From contig CM022670.1 of assembly GCA_012295275.1 (NCBI GenBank), forward strand, positions 31,682,001 to 31,746,000: 64,000 nt of DNA, read 5' to 3'. The stretch's first letter is position 1. Every line of letters starts with the position of its first letter. Position numbers and translations under genes: made by a program. Source of the DNA: Chrysomallon squamiferum (Eukaryota; Animalia; Mollusca). The notes beneath the pieces are model-generated. The model ran no database searches. It saw only the letters and a list, made by a program, of their open reading frames with translations, and was not told the origin of the DNA. This document shows positions 28,673 through 41,965 of the stretch, piece by piece.

Positions 28673-31183
28673 ATGGAAAATAATTCTGCAATGGATAATA
28701 ATTCTGCTGCCGAGGGAAATTTGACTTCGGATAGTATTTTTCTAACCAATTGTCGACCGGACTGGCCAAGATGGACATGTGCAATGGCTACTACTTGTGG
28801 TCTGATAAGCACGACAATATGGTTTATTGTTTTGTTACCTCAGGTATTTTATTTAATCCTTATATTTAATAGTACATATACATACACATACACATGCACA
28901 AATACTAACATACATATATATATATATAAACATACACACATATACACATATATACATAGATACATTCATACATACATACATACATACATACATAAATGCA
29001 TAATACACAATTATATAAATACATACATATTAAATATTCTTCCCCTTCCCCAATTATACACTGATATTTTAAAAATTAGAATCGTTTTATACAACAGGTA
29101 CAGGATTGTATGTTGCTCTATTGTCGACAGCAGTGCGCCACCAAATGCCACTTGTTTTATCAGATGCATATTCTTTCCCGACTATGGGAAGGACCACATA
29201 ACAAATATTTTGCTGGTAATAGAAAAAGATAATCTCATTTCTGTGGGCAGCGTGTTTTTCTTTTATGATCCTTAGCTCAGATTTAAACAGTTCATGCTTC
29301 CTTTCAAGGTGTGGAAGAACTTTCGGCGTAAGTCTGTCGTAGGAGTAAGTGTACTTTGGGCGACAGCTAACTTCACGGCGTCTGTGACGAACATGTTCTT
29401 TGTACATCTGTATGCCGATATGCCGATTTACAGCAAGATCAACTCCATCTACATGCCAACGCTAGAACTGATCATGTTGTTACAGTTCTGGATTTATGGA
29501 GAGTTCAGCCGCAAGAGAAAGGTTTCTTTATTTATTTTGAATTCGTTAGTCTTAGTACTTTTTCGTTTAAAATTAATTTATTTTTATTTTGTTTTCTTTA
29601 ATGATTTCATATATATATATGTATGTGTGTATACTGATTTTAGACGTATGAATAGTGCGTTATTATTCTAAGAAAAGATAACTATTTTATTATTTTTATT
29701 ATTATTATTATTATAATTATTATTATTATCATCATTATTTATTGTTGTTGTTGTTATTACTACTTCGCCTACTACTTCTAGTACCATTATATTGCTACTG
29801 CTGTTACTACTAGTACTACTGATAATAATAGTAATAATAGTAGCATAGTGGTAGTAGAAGCAATAGCAGCAGCTGTAGTTAAAATAGTAGTAGCAGTAAT
29901 TAAAGTAGTAGTAGCAGTGGTGATTGAGGTAGTACTATTATTATTAAAAATAACAATTCGCATTCACTTTTTTTTAATAATTACGATTTCATATGACGCA
30001 TCATTTTCATTCAGAGATATGTAAAATTTTAATGCAGTGAGTAATTTATCTGTATTACCGTATTTTTCAGATTTTGTACACTCTACTCTGCTGTTGTATA
30101 TGGGCTGTTATCATCGGTCTCCAGTTGGGACTAAGAAGCTTTGAGGAAATGCAGTGGTTGGCAATTACAATGTGGTCAATTGAAACGTTCCCTCAGGTAT
30201 ACATAAGCAATGTTAAATCGCTTATATCAGCTTGTATATGACAGTGTGTGTGTGTGTGCACGTATATTTATGCGTTGCATGCATATATAGATTTGCGTAT
30301 GAATGTTTCTTTGGGCATGAATATATGTGTGTGTCTGTATGTGTGTGCCCGCTAGTTCCTGTTATATTGAGACGGGAGAGAGAGAGAGAGATATTATTCA
30401 CCCAAGTAAATCCACATAAATCAATTTTTTTTTCACACATTTTAGGTAGTTCTGAACATAAAACTGAGATCAACGTCCGGATTGTCTACCAAATCGATTG
30501 CAATAGCTATGATTGGGAAAACCACGGACTTTATAGCAAACAATATGCTCATTATGCCTTTGCAGTATATCATAATGATATACTTCTCTAGCAGCGTCGG
30601 CTACATGAACGGCATTCAGGTCGCTTGGTACTACGACTTCAGCAAAATAACCAGAAGATACAAGAAGTCTGCAGCTCTGAAGACAATCGAGAAAAATCAA
30701 ACGTCCACTCAAGACAGAGACGGAGTAAAACCTTCCGTTAACGAAATCGAGAATAACGAAGCTGTTGACACGGTTTGCAAGAAGATACAAATCATCTCTG
30801 AAAACAACGAGAAAATGTCAAATGACAACAAAGATTCTATGAAGAAACATTTTGCCGATAACGATACTGAAAATACTCGAATTTCAGATCCTTTTCTAGG
30901 AGATGAGAAACAACACTTTGAGAACGAGGCTGACGTTTTCGCTGAACACCCAAAGCTCCGATGTCGCTACAAGCTGTATAAATGCATCCGACTCTGTATT
31001 TTGGTAGTTATGAGTGTGAATTTTACCATCTTTTCCGCTGTTCTGATCTGGAACTTAGGCACATTTCTTGGTTTGTTTGGACCTTTATCCATTATTACTG
31101 TGGTCGTTGTCAGTCATGTGTATTATAAAACACAAAAGGCTTTTGGAAATATCAAGGAAATATGGATGCGAATGGTTCACTGA
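28673..31183 (+). CDS. PQ-loop (SLC66-like) membrane transporter, paralog B, 4 coding exons, ~415 aa
   Basis: Exons 28673-28843, 29309-29521, 30071-30196, 30446-31183, all phase 0. Motifs WFIVLLPQ|VWKNFRRKSVVGVS and WSIETFPQ|VVLNIKLRSTSGLS; internal exon sizes (213 and 126 nt) equal those of paralog A. Confidence 0.88.
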
Positions 31184-32867
31184 AAATGATTCGGGCAATG
31201 CTTATGAGCTGCTTTGTTCCTTGCTGTATAATATATACATGTACATATGCATAAACGATAAAAATATGAAGTGTATTATGAATACTAAGCTCTTATAATT
31301 AGCTGTGTTTTACCTGTTTGTAGTAGAATGATCACAAAACACATATGCTGCTGAATTCGGCTTTAAATTTCTTTTTTTAAAGATTAAGTAACTGTAAAAG
31401 AAATTATTATTTATATCAGTCATTACTAACCATTTATAAATAATAGTGTAGTTTATGGTGGATAAATATTTATATAATTGTATTGTTTCTTTTTCATTAT
31501 TGTGTATGTATAATCACTCAAAACATTCTACCTGGTCTTTAATGGGAGGATACATGTGGATACATAATGAATATCTCATTGAAAGAAAAGTTATCACTTT
31601 ATATATATATATATATATACATATTATTTTTTTTATTTAGGTTTGTGAAATCACACATTTGTTACTTTTTAAATAACTGACATACACTGTTGTATCGTAT
31701 ACATATAAAACTCATATTTGGCCTGAAGATTTCTTGACAGTCGTCTACTGGAAATCCAAAAGGATGTAAGCAAATATTTTTAAGAATCAGGAATGTGAGG
31801 TAAAATTAATTTCCCATATTAGTAAAGTTGTTGATCTATACATTATTTTACATAAAATGTATTCAGCAGTTACCTTTTGAATATGTGTGTTCCTGTGTGA
31901 GTGTGTTTTATCAAGATAATAAGAGATTATGAATATAGGATTTTTTATTTCTTAAGTTTTCGATGTTGTTGAAGACACTTTTGAAATTAATTACATAAAT
32001 ACTCATGAAATGTCAGGGATTCGCCCGAATATCAATAAACTGGTTTTATGGGGCGTCATTTTAACAGCATTTAACACCTTTTGAGTTTGAAGACAATACA
32101 CAGACCACGCAAGCATTCACCACCCCAAAAATATATACATTTTGATTATTATTATTGTTGAGATTTAGTTTGTATTTTAGCTTAATACTAAAGTATAACT
32201 GAAGTTTTAGTTGTGTATAATTTCTGTATAACTTATTGTCATGTATAAACATTATAAAACATAAAACTATTAGTTATTACCACATTTATTGGCTTATATC
32301 AAATATACAAAGCATATGTAACAAATAAAACAACATATGTTCTGATATTAAATAAATTGTAATCTATACCTCTATTTCATTTAAATTCACTACAGGAATA
32401 AAATAGCTGAATTTAAGTTTTTAAAACCCCACACCATGAACCATTCTGAACTATTTGTAACCGCATAAATATGAATTTATAGGCACGATATATAAACATT
32501 TACTTACACACAGTCATTCATGAATATGTCCTCTTCTGACTGATACTTGACCATAAGCAAAAAACGTTTAAAGTTATGAAAATATTATTACAATATAAAT
32601 AGCTGTAGCAAATCTGATGCTTAAAGACATTTATTCACACACACACACACACACACACACGTTTTGTTTCAAGCCTGGGCAGAACTCTGAATAAATCTTT
32701 GATGTATGTATATCTATAAACAAATATAACATAGACAAGATAGATACTAACAAAAACACATATATACAAATTAATTTTAAAAAAAGATTTAAAAAAAAAG
32801 AACAAAAAGTAAAAAAAAAAAGAAAAAAAAGGGGCACAATAAATACATTTATACATTTTATTCGTTA

Positions 32868-33423
32868 TTAATTAATTGGTACATATCTTCTGACACGATA
32901 TTTTGTTCTATAATACAGGTGGCTTACACCAACGACAGACATAATCGTTAGTGGACCAAACAAGGCGTACATTGATCTTGTATTCCACAAAAGTCCCGCA
33001 GCAAAAATGACAAGAATAGAACTCAATACTAGAATGATAACACGACGAATAAATCTGCATTGATGATATCGATGAAGTAATTCATCATAACCAACAGAAA
33101 TATCAGCCTGTTTGTGTAATGCTTCTGTTTCATCGTAGTATCCGGCTTCATCGGGATTTGCTTTATCCGTATAATTCACATTTCGACTGGATGAATGTTT
33201 GCGTAAGTTTTTAACGTTGTTGTCTTGGTAATACCAAGCAACCTGAATGCCATTGACGAATGCTACGCTGCTCGAGAAATACGTCATGATGACGTATTGC
33301 AGAGGAATTACCAGTCCATAATTAGACACGAAGTCGGTGGTTTTACCGAATATACCTATAGCGACTGACGTTGTTGACTGACCAGATGTTGATCGCAATT
33401 TGAGGTTCAGAATAATCTATGAA

Positions 33424-33454
<31 letters not shown>

Positions 33455-36264
33455 CAATAATAATAATAAAAACAAATATAATTTGGTTATATCAATATTT
33501 TTTGTGTCTTCATCTGATGAAAAACGACATCGTGAATTTTTATATATTCTGAAGATGCTCTAAATTCTAGCTAGAACAGATCGTCTAAAATAAAGAAATC
33601 ATACATCGTTACCGAGGATTTCAGTTACCTAGACAGTTTCTTCATTGTTTGTCAACATTTTTATTTACTGTAACATTTCACAAAATATGCATAATATTAA
33701 GATCAAATTTTGGATAGGGATGTTTTTTCTTTTATCTTATTTTATTAAATTTATTTATTTATTTTCTGTTGCTATTACTTTTCTCCCTCTCATAATACAG
33801 CTTTAGGGTCTATAAATCTCAACATTTTAAAGGAAATAACAAGCATTTCCTAACATTTTATTTTAACTACTTTGAAAATATTTTAATAAATAAATAAATG
33901 ATAATTTATTAACTAAAGACTAGTATAGCTTGGATCTGTCGTTTAAATATGTGATTTGCTACCTGAGGAAATGTTTCCACACACCACAACGTAATTGCCA
34001 ACCACTGCATGTCCTCAAAGCGTCTCAAACCTAGCTGAAGACCGATGATGGTAGACCACAAAGTGAAACAAAATGCTGTGTATGCAGTCTGAAAAATAGT
34101 TTACAATTTTAAAGAATCAAAGATGCCTTTACCACGAATTTCTGATACTGGTAAACGAAAGTATTATTTAACAGTATAAATCCGCGAGAAAAGATTGTTT
34201 TAAAATTTGAATAAAAAATGTTTAAAGCTTTTTATATCTAACTTAAGTGTTTTATTTTCATTGTAGTAAATATAGCAGTAATGTAAATACTTTATTTACT
34301 TTTAGCAGTTAAAATTCTGTAAGAAATCTTATTAAAAAGTAGATTTTCTTTTTGTTATTTCATGTTTCGAAAATGCATATTCTTCTGTGACATTGTATTT
34401 ACTTATTGAAATATAATATTTAATGAATATAATTTCACATCAAACAAGCGTAAAGATAAGACCTTTGCTTTGCGCCCATAATGATCTCCATAAATCCAAA
34501 ACTGTATAAGAATAGTGAATTCGAGAATTGGCATGTAGATTGAATTAATTTTTCCGTACAGCGGAATTTTGGCGTACATGTACACAAAGAACAAATTAGT
34601 TAAGGATGCAGTAAAATTAGCCGTTGCCCATAATGCACTGAGTCCCATAACAGACTTCCGCCGGAAGTTCTTCCAAACCTGAAAATATTAAAGTATTGAT
34701 ATGTCTGCGACATAATTATAATATTGTTCATAAAATACTGTGTATATTTTTTTATATAAATGTGCATTATTTTTATATTAAAGGGATGTCAGTAATAATC
34801 TTTGGTTAAAAGGAAAAACAAAATTAAACTTGTATAGATGATACTCATTTTTAAAAATTATTATTACATGTATCAATATATTTCATATTGATATTTGTTA
34901 TATTTATGTGTTTGTCATCATTTCTACTTAATTATAATATCAGCAGATAATATTGGTGTTGTCGTCAGAGTCAAGTGGTTTTTTTTTTAAGTTTTTTATT
35001 TATTTTTTTTTTAAGTTTTTTTTTTTAAAGTTTAGTATCAAGGGTCTTGAACCCGTTAATTTTATTCTGTCATGAGGATAACCACTGTACCAGATTGCTG
35101 TCAGCATCTTAGATAAACATGTGATTATTATTATGCTTCTAATCAGCTTTGTGTACAACACACAATGAACTGCGCGGTCAAAGGTGCATCCAGGGCAGAT
35201 AATATGAGGTGGAATGATTTAAGTAAATGTTCGATTAGATAACAGAGAAGTGTTAAAATGAAGTCACACGTGAAAGTAAATATCTGATACAGATTAGTCA
35301 CTAACACCTGTTTCTTACTCTTGTGTAATCTTCAAAAAAAAAAAAAGACTTGTTGTAAAATTCTGTTTCAATTTGTTTTCAACTGATTTATTTAAGTTTA
35401 TGTATTTTTATTATTCCCTCCCCCATGGTGTCTAACTGAGAAATTATTTGGTAATGTTTGGTTAAAAGAGGGTTGTAGAGATAACCACGTTTTAAAGATA
35501 CACGATTTGTCAGTCTCGTTTTAGGATGGGTATTTAAATATGAATTAATAAGATTTATGTCTCAATATATATTATTTCATGAATTTGAATAGCCGAAATA
35601 ATATAAAAATAAAATCTATATCTTGTAATAAATAAATATCCGAATGAAAGGTAATGAGATTGCCCAACCAGTTTATCATTTGTAATAATAATTTATGTTT
35701 TTAACACTCTACAGGAAAGTTTTCTTTAGACAAACAGTCGGAGAAAACAATCAAAACCTCCAGATGATCTAAAAATCAACTTAGCTATAAGCACCTGCTC
35801 AGATATTGAATTACCTGGAAGTATTACAAAAAACTAAATAATTAAAGGTAAAATTTACGTACAAGAAGAGATTTCGATTATGAATTATTACTTACGGCTA
35901 ATAAAATCTGAAGCAAAAGCTGAACTTGAAAATCTAAATGATATATGGGAAATTTCAAGGAATTTACTTGCATCAACGTTTCTGAACTAAAGAGATTAAC
36001 TCAAAAACCTATATAGCTCAGAGAGGAAATTTATTTATTTTTTTATTTTTTTACCTGGGGCAAAAGAACTATAAACCATAGAGCAGTACTAATCAGTCCA
36101 CAGGTGTTAGATACCATGCATGTCCAGTCCGGCCAGCCAGGTCGACAGTTCTGTAGCAAAACACTGTCCACTGTGACATCACTCTCAGCGTTAGAAAGAT
36201 GCAGCATTAGTCTTGTGTTCTTTAAATTCCATGTACTTTGGTTGTATCTAGCGGTGATCATCAT
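32868..36264 (-). CDS. PQ-loop (SLC66-like) membrane transporter, paralog C, 4 coding exons, ~366 aa
   Basis: Minus-strand exons 36264-36055, 34678-34463, 34088-33963, 33416-32868, all phase 0. Motifs WFIVLLPQ|VWKNFRRKSVMGLS and WCVETFPQ|IILNLKLRSTSGQS. Start codon uncertain (36264, 36261 or 36207). Confidence 0.87.
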
Positions 36265-37930
36265 TAGCAAACACGTTCAATTTTTGTCCCTGTGAATGAA
36301 AATGTATTTTGCTAACTAAAAACGTGTGTTGTTGTATTCCTTTTTGGAATAAAAAAGGTAAGTAGATGTACCTTTTTATTTGTTTTTATTCTTTATTTAT
36401 TACAATTTTATTACTGTCTTCTAAGAATTTATTTATTATTTATTTATTTATCTTTATTATTATTTTAATTAAACAAATATACATAATTATTAATTATTTT
36501 TCATATTTTAAATTGCTTGCTAAACAATATGCGGATTATGGATTTTAGGGAAAATGAAAATTGTAACCAAAAACAAAAATTAAAATTTCAACATCTTACG
36601 ACAAAAACATTCAGAAAAAGTTGGATGCAACTTTTGAACCCGCTTGGTTAATACTAGTATCACTACAGAGTTTCATCCTTGGATGTGTACAATGTGATGG
36701 GCCGTCAATTACGCAACCAGTATATTAATTTCGATGTACGGACCTGTATCAGTAATATTATTTTATACAAAATATTATATATTTTAGCAGTGTGATGACT
36801 TTCAAAATATAAGCTTATTATTTTAACCTCTGTTATAAAATAATATTACAAATAAATGAATAACAATATTATTATGATTAAACGAGAAACAAAATAGTGG
36901 TGTTTATTTGGGGAACTACGGTACAAGAAGAACTCTTTTTCTCGTTTGCTTCACTTTATATTTTTGTCTCCAGACTTTACTCACCTTGATTCATAGATTA
37001 CTCTCATTTCCCAGACAAAGTGATGATTACAGACATGTAGAAACGTATGACATTAATCGTGTAATTTCGATTTTAGGTAATTGTCCATAAACATATTGCA
37101 GAACATACGGTTCTTCTTTCGGGATTTACAGATTCGAAAGGTCGTAACGGATGTTGACACATTACGACCCAAATGTTAACAACTGGCGCGGAATTCGAAC
37201 TACAGACATTCACCAATTTATGTTGTTTGAACGCGAAAATCAAAACACACATATGTCAGTGCAGTCCCGGGCATTCAGTCAGAGAAAAGAACTCAATAAA
37301 TTTGGTTGATTTATATTTAAATCGAATAAAGTGTTTATTTTATTTCATCTGTGTTTACATATTCAAAATATCTTACTTTCTCATGATATTTGTCAGTAGT
37401 ACACCTTTGGGGCATGCAATCCAGGAGTTGACCAGACCTCTGCACGCCACTGGTCAGAGTGTAACCTGTTCCGTACTAGTGTGTCACAAAGTCGTGTTAA
37501 TATTAATTAGTTAATGATTTGGTTTTAAAAGTCAGAAAATTACTAAGTCGTACAAAATGGAGAGTGTATTCTTTCAACCTTTAGAATATTGCACAGAAAT
37601 ACATCGACAGCAGGAAAATAAATTCTCTATTTATTGGATATTAATTTTAGTTCGGCGTGTCCACGTTTTTGTTTGTTTGCTGCTGCTGCTGCTGTTGCTG
37701 CTGTTGTTGTTGTTTCCTTTTTTCTGGGAGAAACACAACATATGTGAACTCAATCAGTATGAACATTTTCGATTTCTGAATGTAAACTAAGAATAATGTA
37801 TTTCCATTAGTGTCATTGCTGTCATTTGTTGTTGTTAATGTTGGATTCTATTTTAGATGAAAAGCAAACAACAACTGTCCAATGAAGCAAAATCATAAAT
37901 ATAAACAAAACAGAACAGAACAAAATAACA

Positions 37931-38119
37931 GTTGTAGTTGTACTGGTAATAGTAGTAATAATAGCAGCAGTAGTAGTCGTAGTAATAGCAGTAGCAGCAG
38001 TAGTAGTAATAATAATAGTAGTAGCAGTAACAATAGTAGTAGTAGTAGTAGTAGTAATAATAGCAGAAACTGTAGTAATAGCAGCAGCAGCAGTAGTAAT
38101 GGTAGTAGTAGTAGTAATA
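37931..38119. repeat. (AGT/AGC/AAT)n trinucleotide microsatellite
   Basis: Direct reading; source of the poly-Ser and poly-Leu ORFs at 37882-38211. Confidence 0.85.
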
Positions 38120-38615
38120 AAATAAATATAAACAGACGAAATGACAACCCAGTTACTTTAGAAAAAAGAAAAATCGCATATATACAAATTTGTAGACACA
38201 CATATTTTTAATTATAAGTGTTTGTGTCTGTCATATGTACAAGGACGAGAAAGAATATTAATATAATTCTAAGGGAGATAATTCTTGTTGGTTTCTCTTT
38301 ATGTTGGCTACTTAAGGTATTAGTTTCATGTTTTCAGTAACCATGCATGTTTCAAATACTTTAAATGAAAAATAATTTAAGTCATAATAAATATTGTTTC
38401 TGTCATCATCAGCGTCATTATCATTACCAAAATTACTAGCAACTACTGTCACTACTACTAACACAGCTGCTTTTATTCTATACACAGCGTTTTCTGTTAA
38501 AACCATCAATGCTACTACCAGTTCTTCTTCTAGTACTAATCATTCTCCTTCAACTACTATTCAGTTATTATTAGTTCCATTTCTTCCATTATTACTACTG
38601 CTACAGTTAATGAAA

Positions 38616-38657
<42 letters not shown>

Positions 38658-40342
38658 TCAGCTCCTACTACTATTATTCCTTCGAAATACATTAACGTAC
38701 CATGATATACCAACTACTGTCATTCAGGGCCATGCTGTACAATTCCATACTAAATCATGTTGAGTCAAATTTTGGAGTGCTACACGTACATATTAGACTC
38801 GAGTGTTCGCAAGGATTTCCCATGCCATATCATGTCATATTAATTAAATGTGTCCACGTATCTCTGCGTGCGTGCGCGCACATGCATAAGTGTTTGTCTT
38901 GAATACCAGTACACTAAAGGCATTTTTCTTTTATCTTTTGTGGTCGTATACTTCTTTAAGTACATACATTGCTGAATCAGCGATGTCATTGTGAGATAAT
39001 TGAAGTGGTCAAAGTACCAATAGAGACCAATAATATCGTTCATTATGTTATATATATCAGTCAAGAAATCATTTCATCAAAAGTGTCTGAGGTCATATAC
39101 TTGACACATCTTCATTTCAATAAGATTTAAATCGTTATCATTCTCTTTGATGGATAGCTGATAATTAATCTCCTTTTAAAGGGAACCTCTGATGATAACA
39201 ATAAATATATATATTAAGTGTATTAGTATACTTTCAGGTGGTTTTAGAAAGAAAATATTTTGCAACATTTTCTTTTGCTAATAACAAGATATAAGAATAA
39301 TATGAGAAACATGTCAGGATGGACGAAAACTGCAATTTTCCTTATTTTGTACATAAAAAACCCCAACTTTATGCAGGTTTTGGCAACTTTATATTTATTT
39401 TAGTTATATAATTTTATTTCACAAAATAATGTCACCAAACACCACTCCCATAAATGCCCTCTGAAACAGACAAACAAATGATGAATGAATGAATGAATGA
39501 AAATGAAAATAAAAATCAAACACAGAAGCCTGGTCACCAAAAAAACAACAAAAAAACTAGATAGTTATAAATTATTTGAACATACTATCAAATGTACACT
39601 TTTATTTAGATGAATTGTCTTTAATAAAGCTTTTCTTACTGAGTAATAAGCATTATTAACATGTATTTTGAAAATAATTTTTTTCTTTTTCAGCTAATAT
39701 TCACTTCATTAAATATAATCTTTCAAAATAAAGTGACGTCATATTAATTATTAAAACATTAAATAATTAATTAAGTGAAACGTTTTCACTGGCACTGTAG
39801 TTTCGTTAATTCGGCATTATATCTCGATTCCTAACAGCAAAATGAATAAATAAAATGTATGTTTATGTTTGTGTGTGTGTGTGTTTTATATGTTACAGTG
39901 TTAGTGCAGTTGAGATTTGGAAGTCATTGATAAAGGAGCTAGTTTTTTGGTATATAGGATTCCCTACAGAACAATCCTCTTTTGCACAGAAAATAGCGAA
40001 GAATAGAAAAAAGAAAGAATTATGTTTAAACATGTATGAAAGAAAGAAATGCTGTTAAACCTTGACCGACAGAATGTCCTTTAATGTGTACACGTGCACA
40101 TCTTGCCTTCGCTCTTGAAGACGGTTTAATAACCTGCATCACAGTGCCACGGCATAGCAACAAAGACCAGGTTAAAAGTTCAGCTTTGGGGTAATCTACA
40201 AGAATTCCTTATGATTTGTCTAATCACAAACTTGCCAAGAGAACATAAATTTAAACAGAATTTTCTTTTAAACTTACGGACATGTAAAATCTGACGGTCA
40301 GACAGACAGAAAGAGCGAGAGAATGTGTTTATGTGTGTGATA

Positions 40343-40428
<86 letters not shown>

Positions 40429-41384
40429 GACTTTTATTCGGTCTGTCTTTATTAGTAGTAACCGTAATGTTTACAACGAATAATAACAATAAAAGAAAAA
40501 CAAATAAAACATTTCTGTACTTTGACCTATTGAAATTCTAGCAGATTGCGAAGATGGGTTTGTCCTCCTTCTGACCGCGGATGTAAAACTTGACATTCTA
40601 AAGAACACTTGCTTCCTGACTGCTTTATACTCAACACTCGACAAACACGTGATGTAGACATTTCGGAAACATTCAGCTGGCGACCTATTTTAGCTATCAG
40701 AATTAAACAAAAAAACCTTTTTACATATTAATTTCATGCATGTAGAGACTCCAGTGTCAGCTAGATTCAAAGAGTTTTTGAAATACTAGTTATTATTTAT
40801 TTTTGCCATTGCTGGATATTAAACAGTTCTTGAAAGGCATTCAGCATGTTTAAATTACGGTAATATATAAATGAGTAAGTTATTATGTTTTAAAGACTTT
40901 TTTATTACGCTATACAGTACCCAGAATCTAAAACATCTTTTGGTATAAATGTTTCATAACACACATGCACAAATGCATGCATGGATGGCAAATACATTGT
41001 ACAGATAAAACCCAAAGACGTGCACGTATACATAAAACTTGTTTAACAACAACATTTTATTACTTCAATAAACTGTAAACACTCAAACAAGCTCGCACAC
41101 AAATACTAACGTACAAACAAAAACAAATCAACACACAAACGCCAACACATGCACGTAAATAAAATTACTAATATATGCAAATACACACTTTAATAAAAAC
41201 ATCTACACACTAAAACAAACAGCAACATATGCACTAGTAGATGCAAACACACGCACGCACGTACTGCAATTAACACAACACCAATTAAAGCGAATAACTA
41301 ACACTTATAGATTATCATAACATTTGAGTGCGCTTTATGTATCTGTCATCTTCATCGTTAGGATAACTGAGCCTACTCGTGATA

Positions 41385-41575
41385 ACCACGCCCCTGCAGC
41401 CACGTGACCTGCAAGCAAAGATTTAATTGGTCAGAATTGTTTATGAAACTTGTTACTCCCATTACTGAAACAATTGCTGTTTTCCAACGTCATTTATTCA
41501 ACATGGTTCAAAGAGGAAACCTTTGAACTGCATTGTATCTATATTATTGTTGAAGATAAATTAAAGTCAGAGTAA
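41385..41575 (+). promoter_or_regulatory. Putative apolipophorin proximal promoter: GC/KLF-like box, CACGTG E-box, two DR1/HNF4-like sites, TATA-like element
   Basis: ccacgcccc (~41386), cacgtgacc (41401-41409), ggttcaaagagga (41505-41517), aaacctttgaact (41517-41529) and tatattat (~41540), all within ~210 bp of the ATG at 41594. Function is inferred only. Confidence 0.4.
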
Positions 41576-41593
41576 GAAAGTTTGGTGAACAGG

Positions 41594-41890
41594 ATGGAGG
41601 CCAGAGTAATCGTGCTCCTAGCTGTGTCAGCGGGGGTGTTTGCTGGTAAGAGGGTTATTTATTTATCAGTTCTTTTATTTATATTTTACATACAAATGTA
41701 ATACATATAAATACTTTACAAAGCAAAACCGATAAGAAGAATTAGGCTAGAATAATTAATAATAATTTGTTAATAATTAAAATAAAGGATAAAGAAAGTT
41801 TTAAAGTACTGAAAAATTTGAGAAAAAAAATGTTTACATTTTATTGTTAAGATTATTTCCATAAAAAAATTAATATTTTTACAGATATGT

Positions 41891-41965
<75 letters not shown>

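Noticed and set aside
37882-38705. Ser/Asn/Leu-rich ORFs between paralog C and apolipophorin
   Set aside because: Trinucleotide repeat artefacts.
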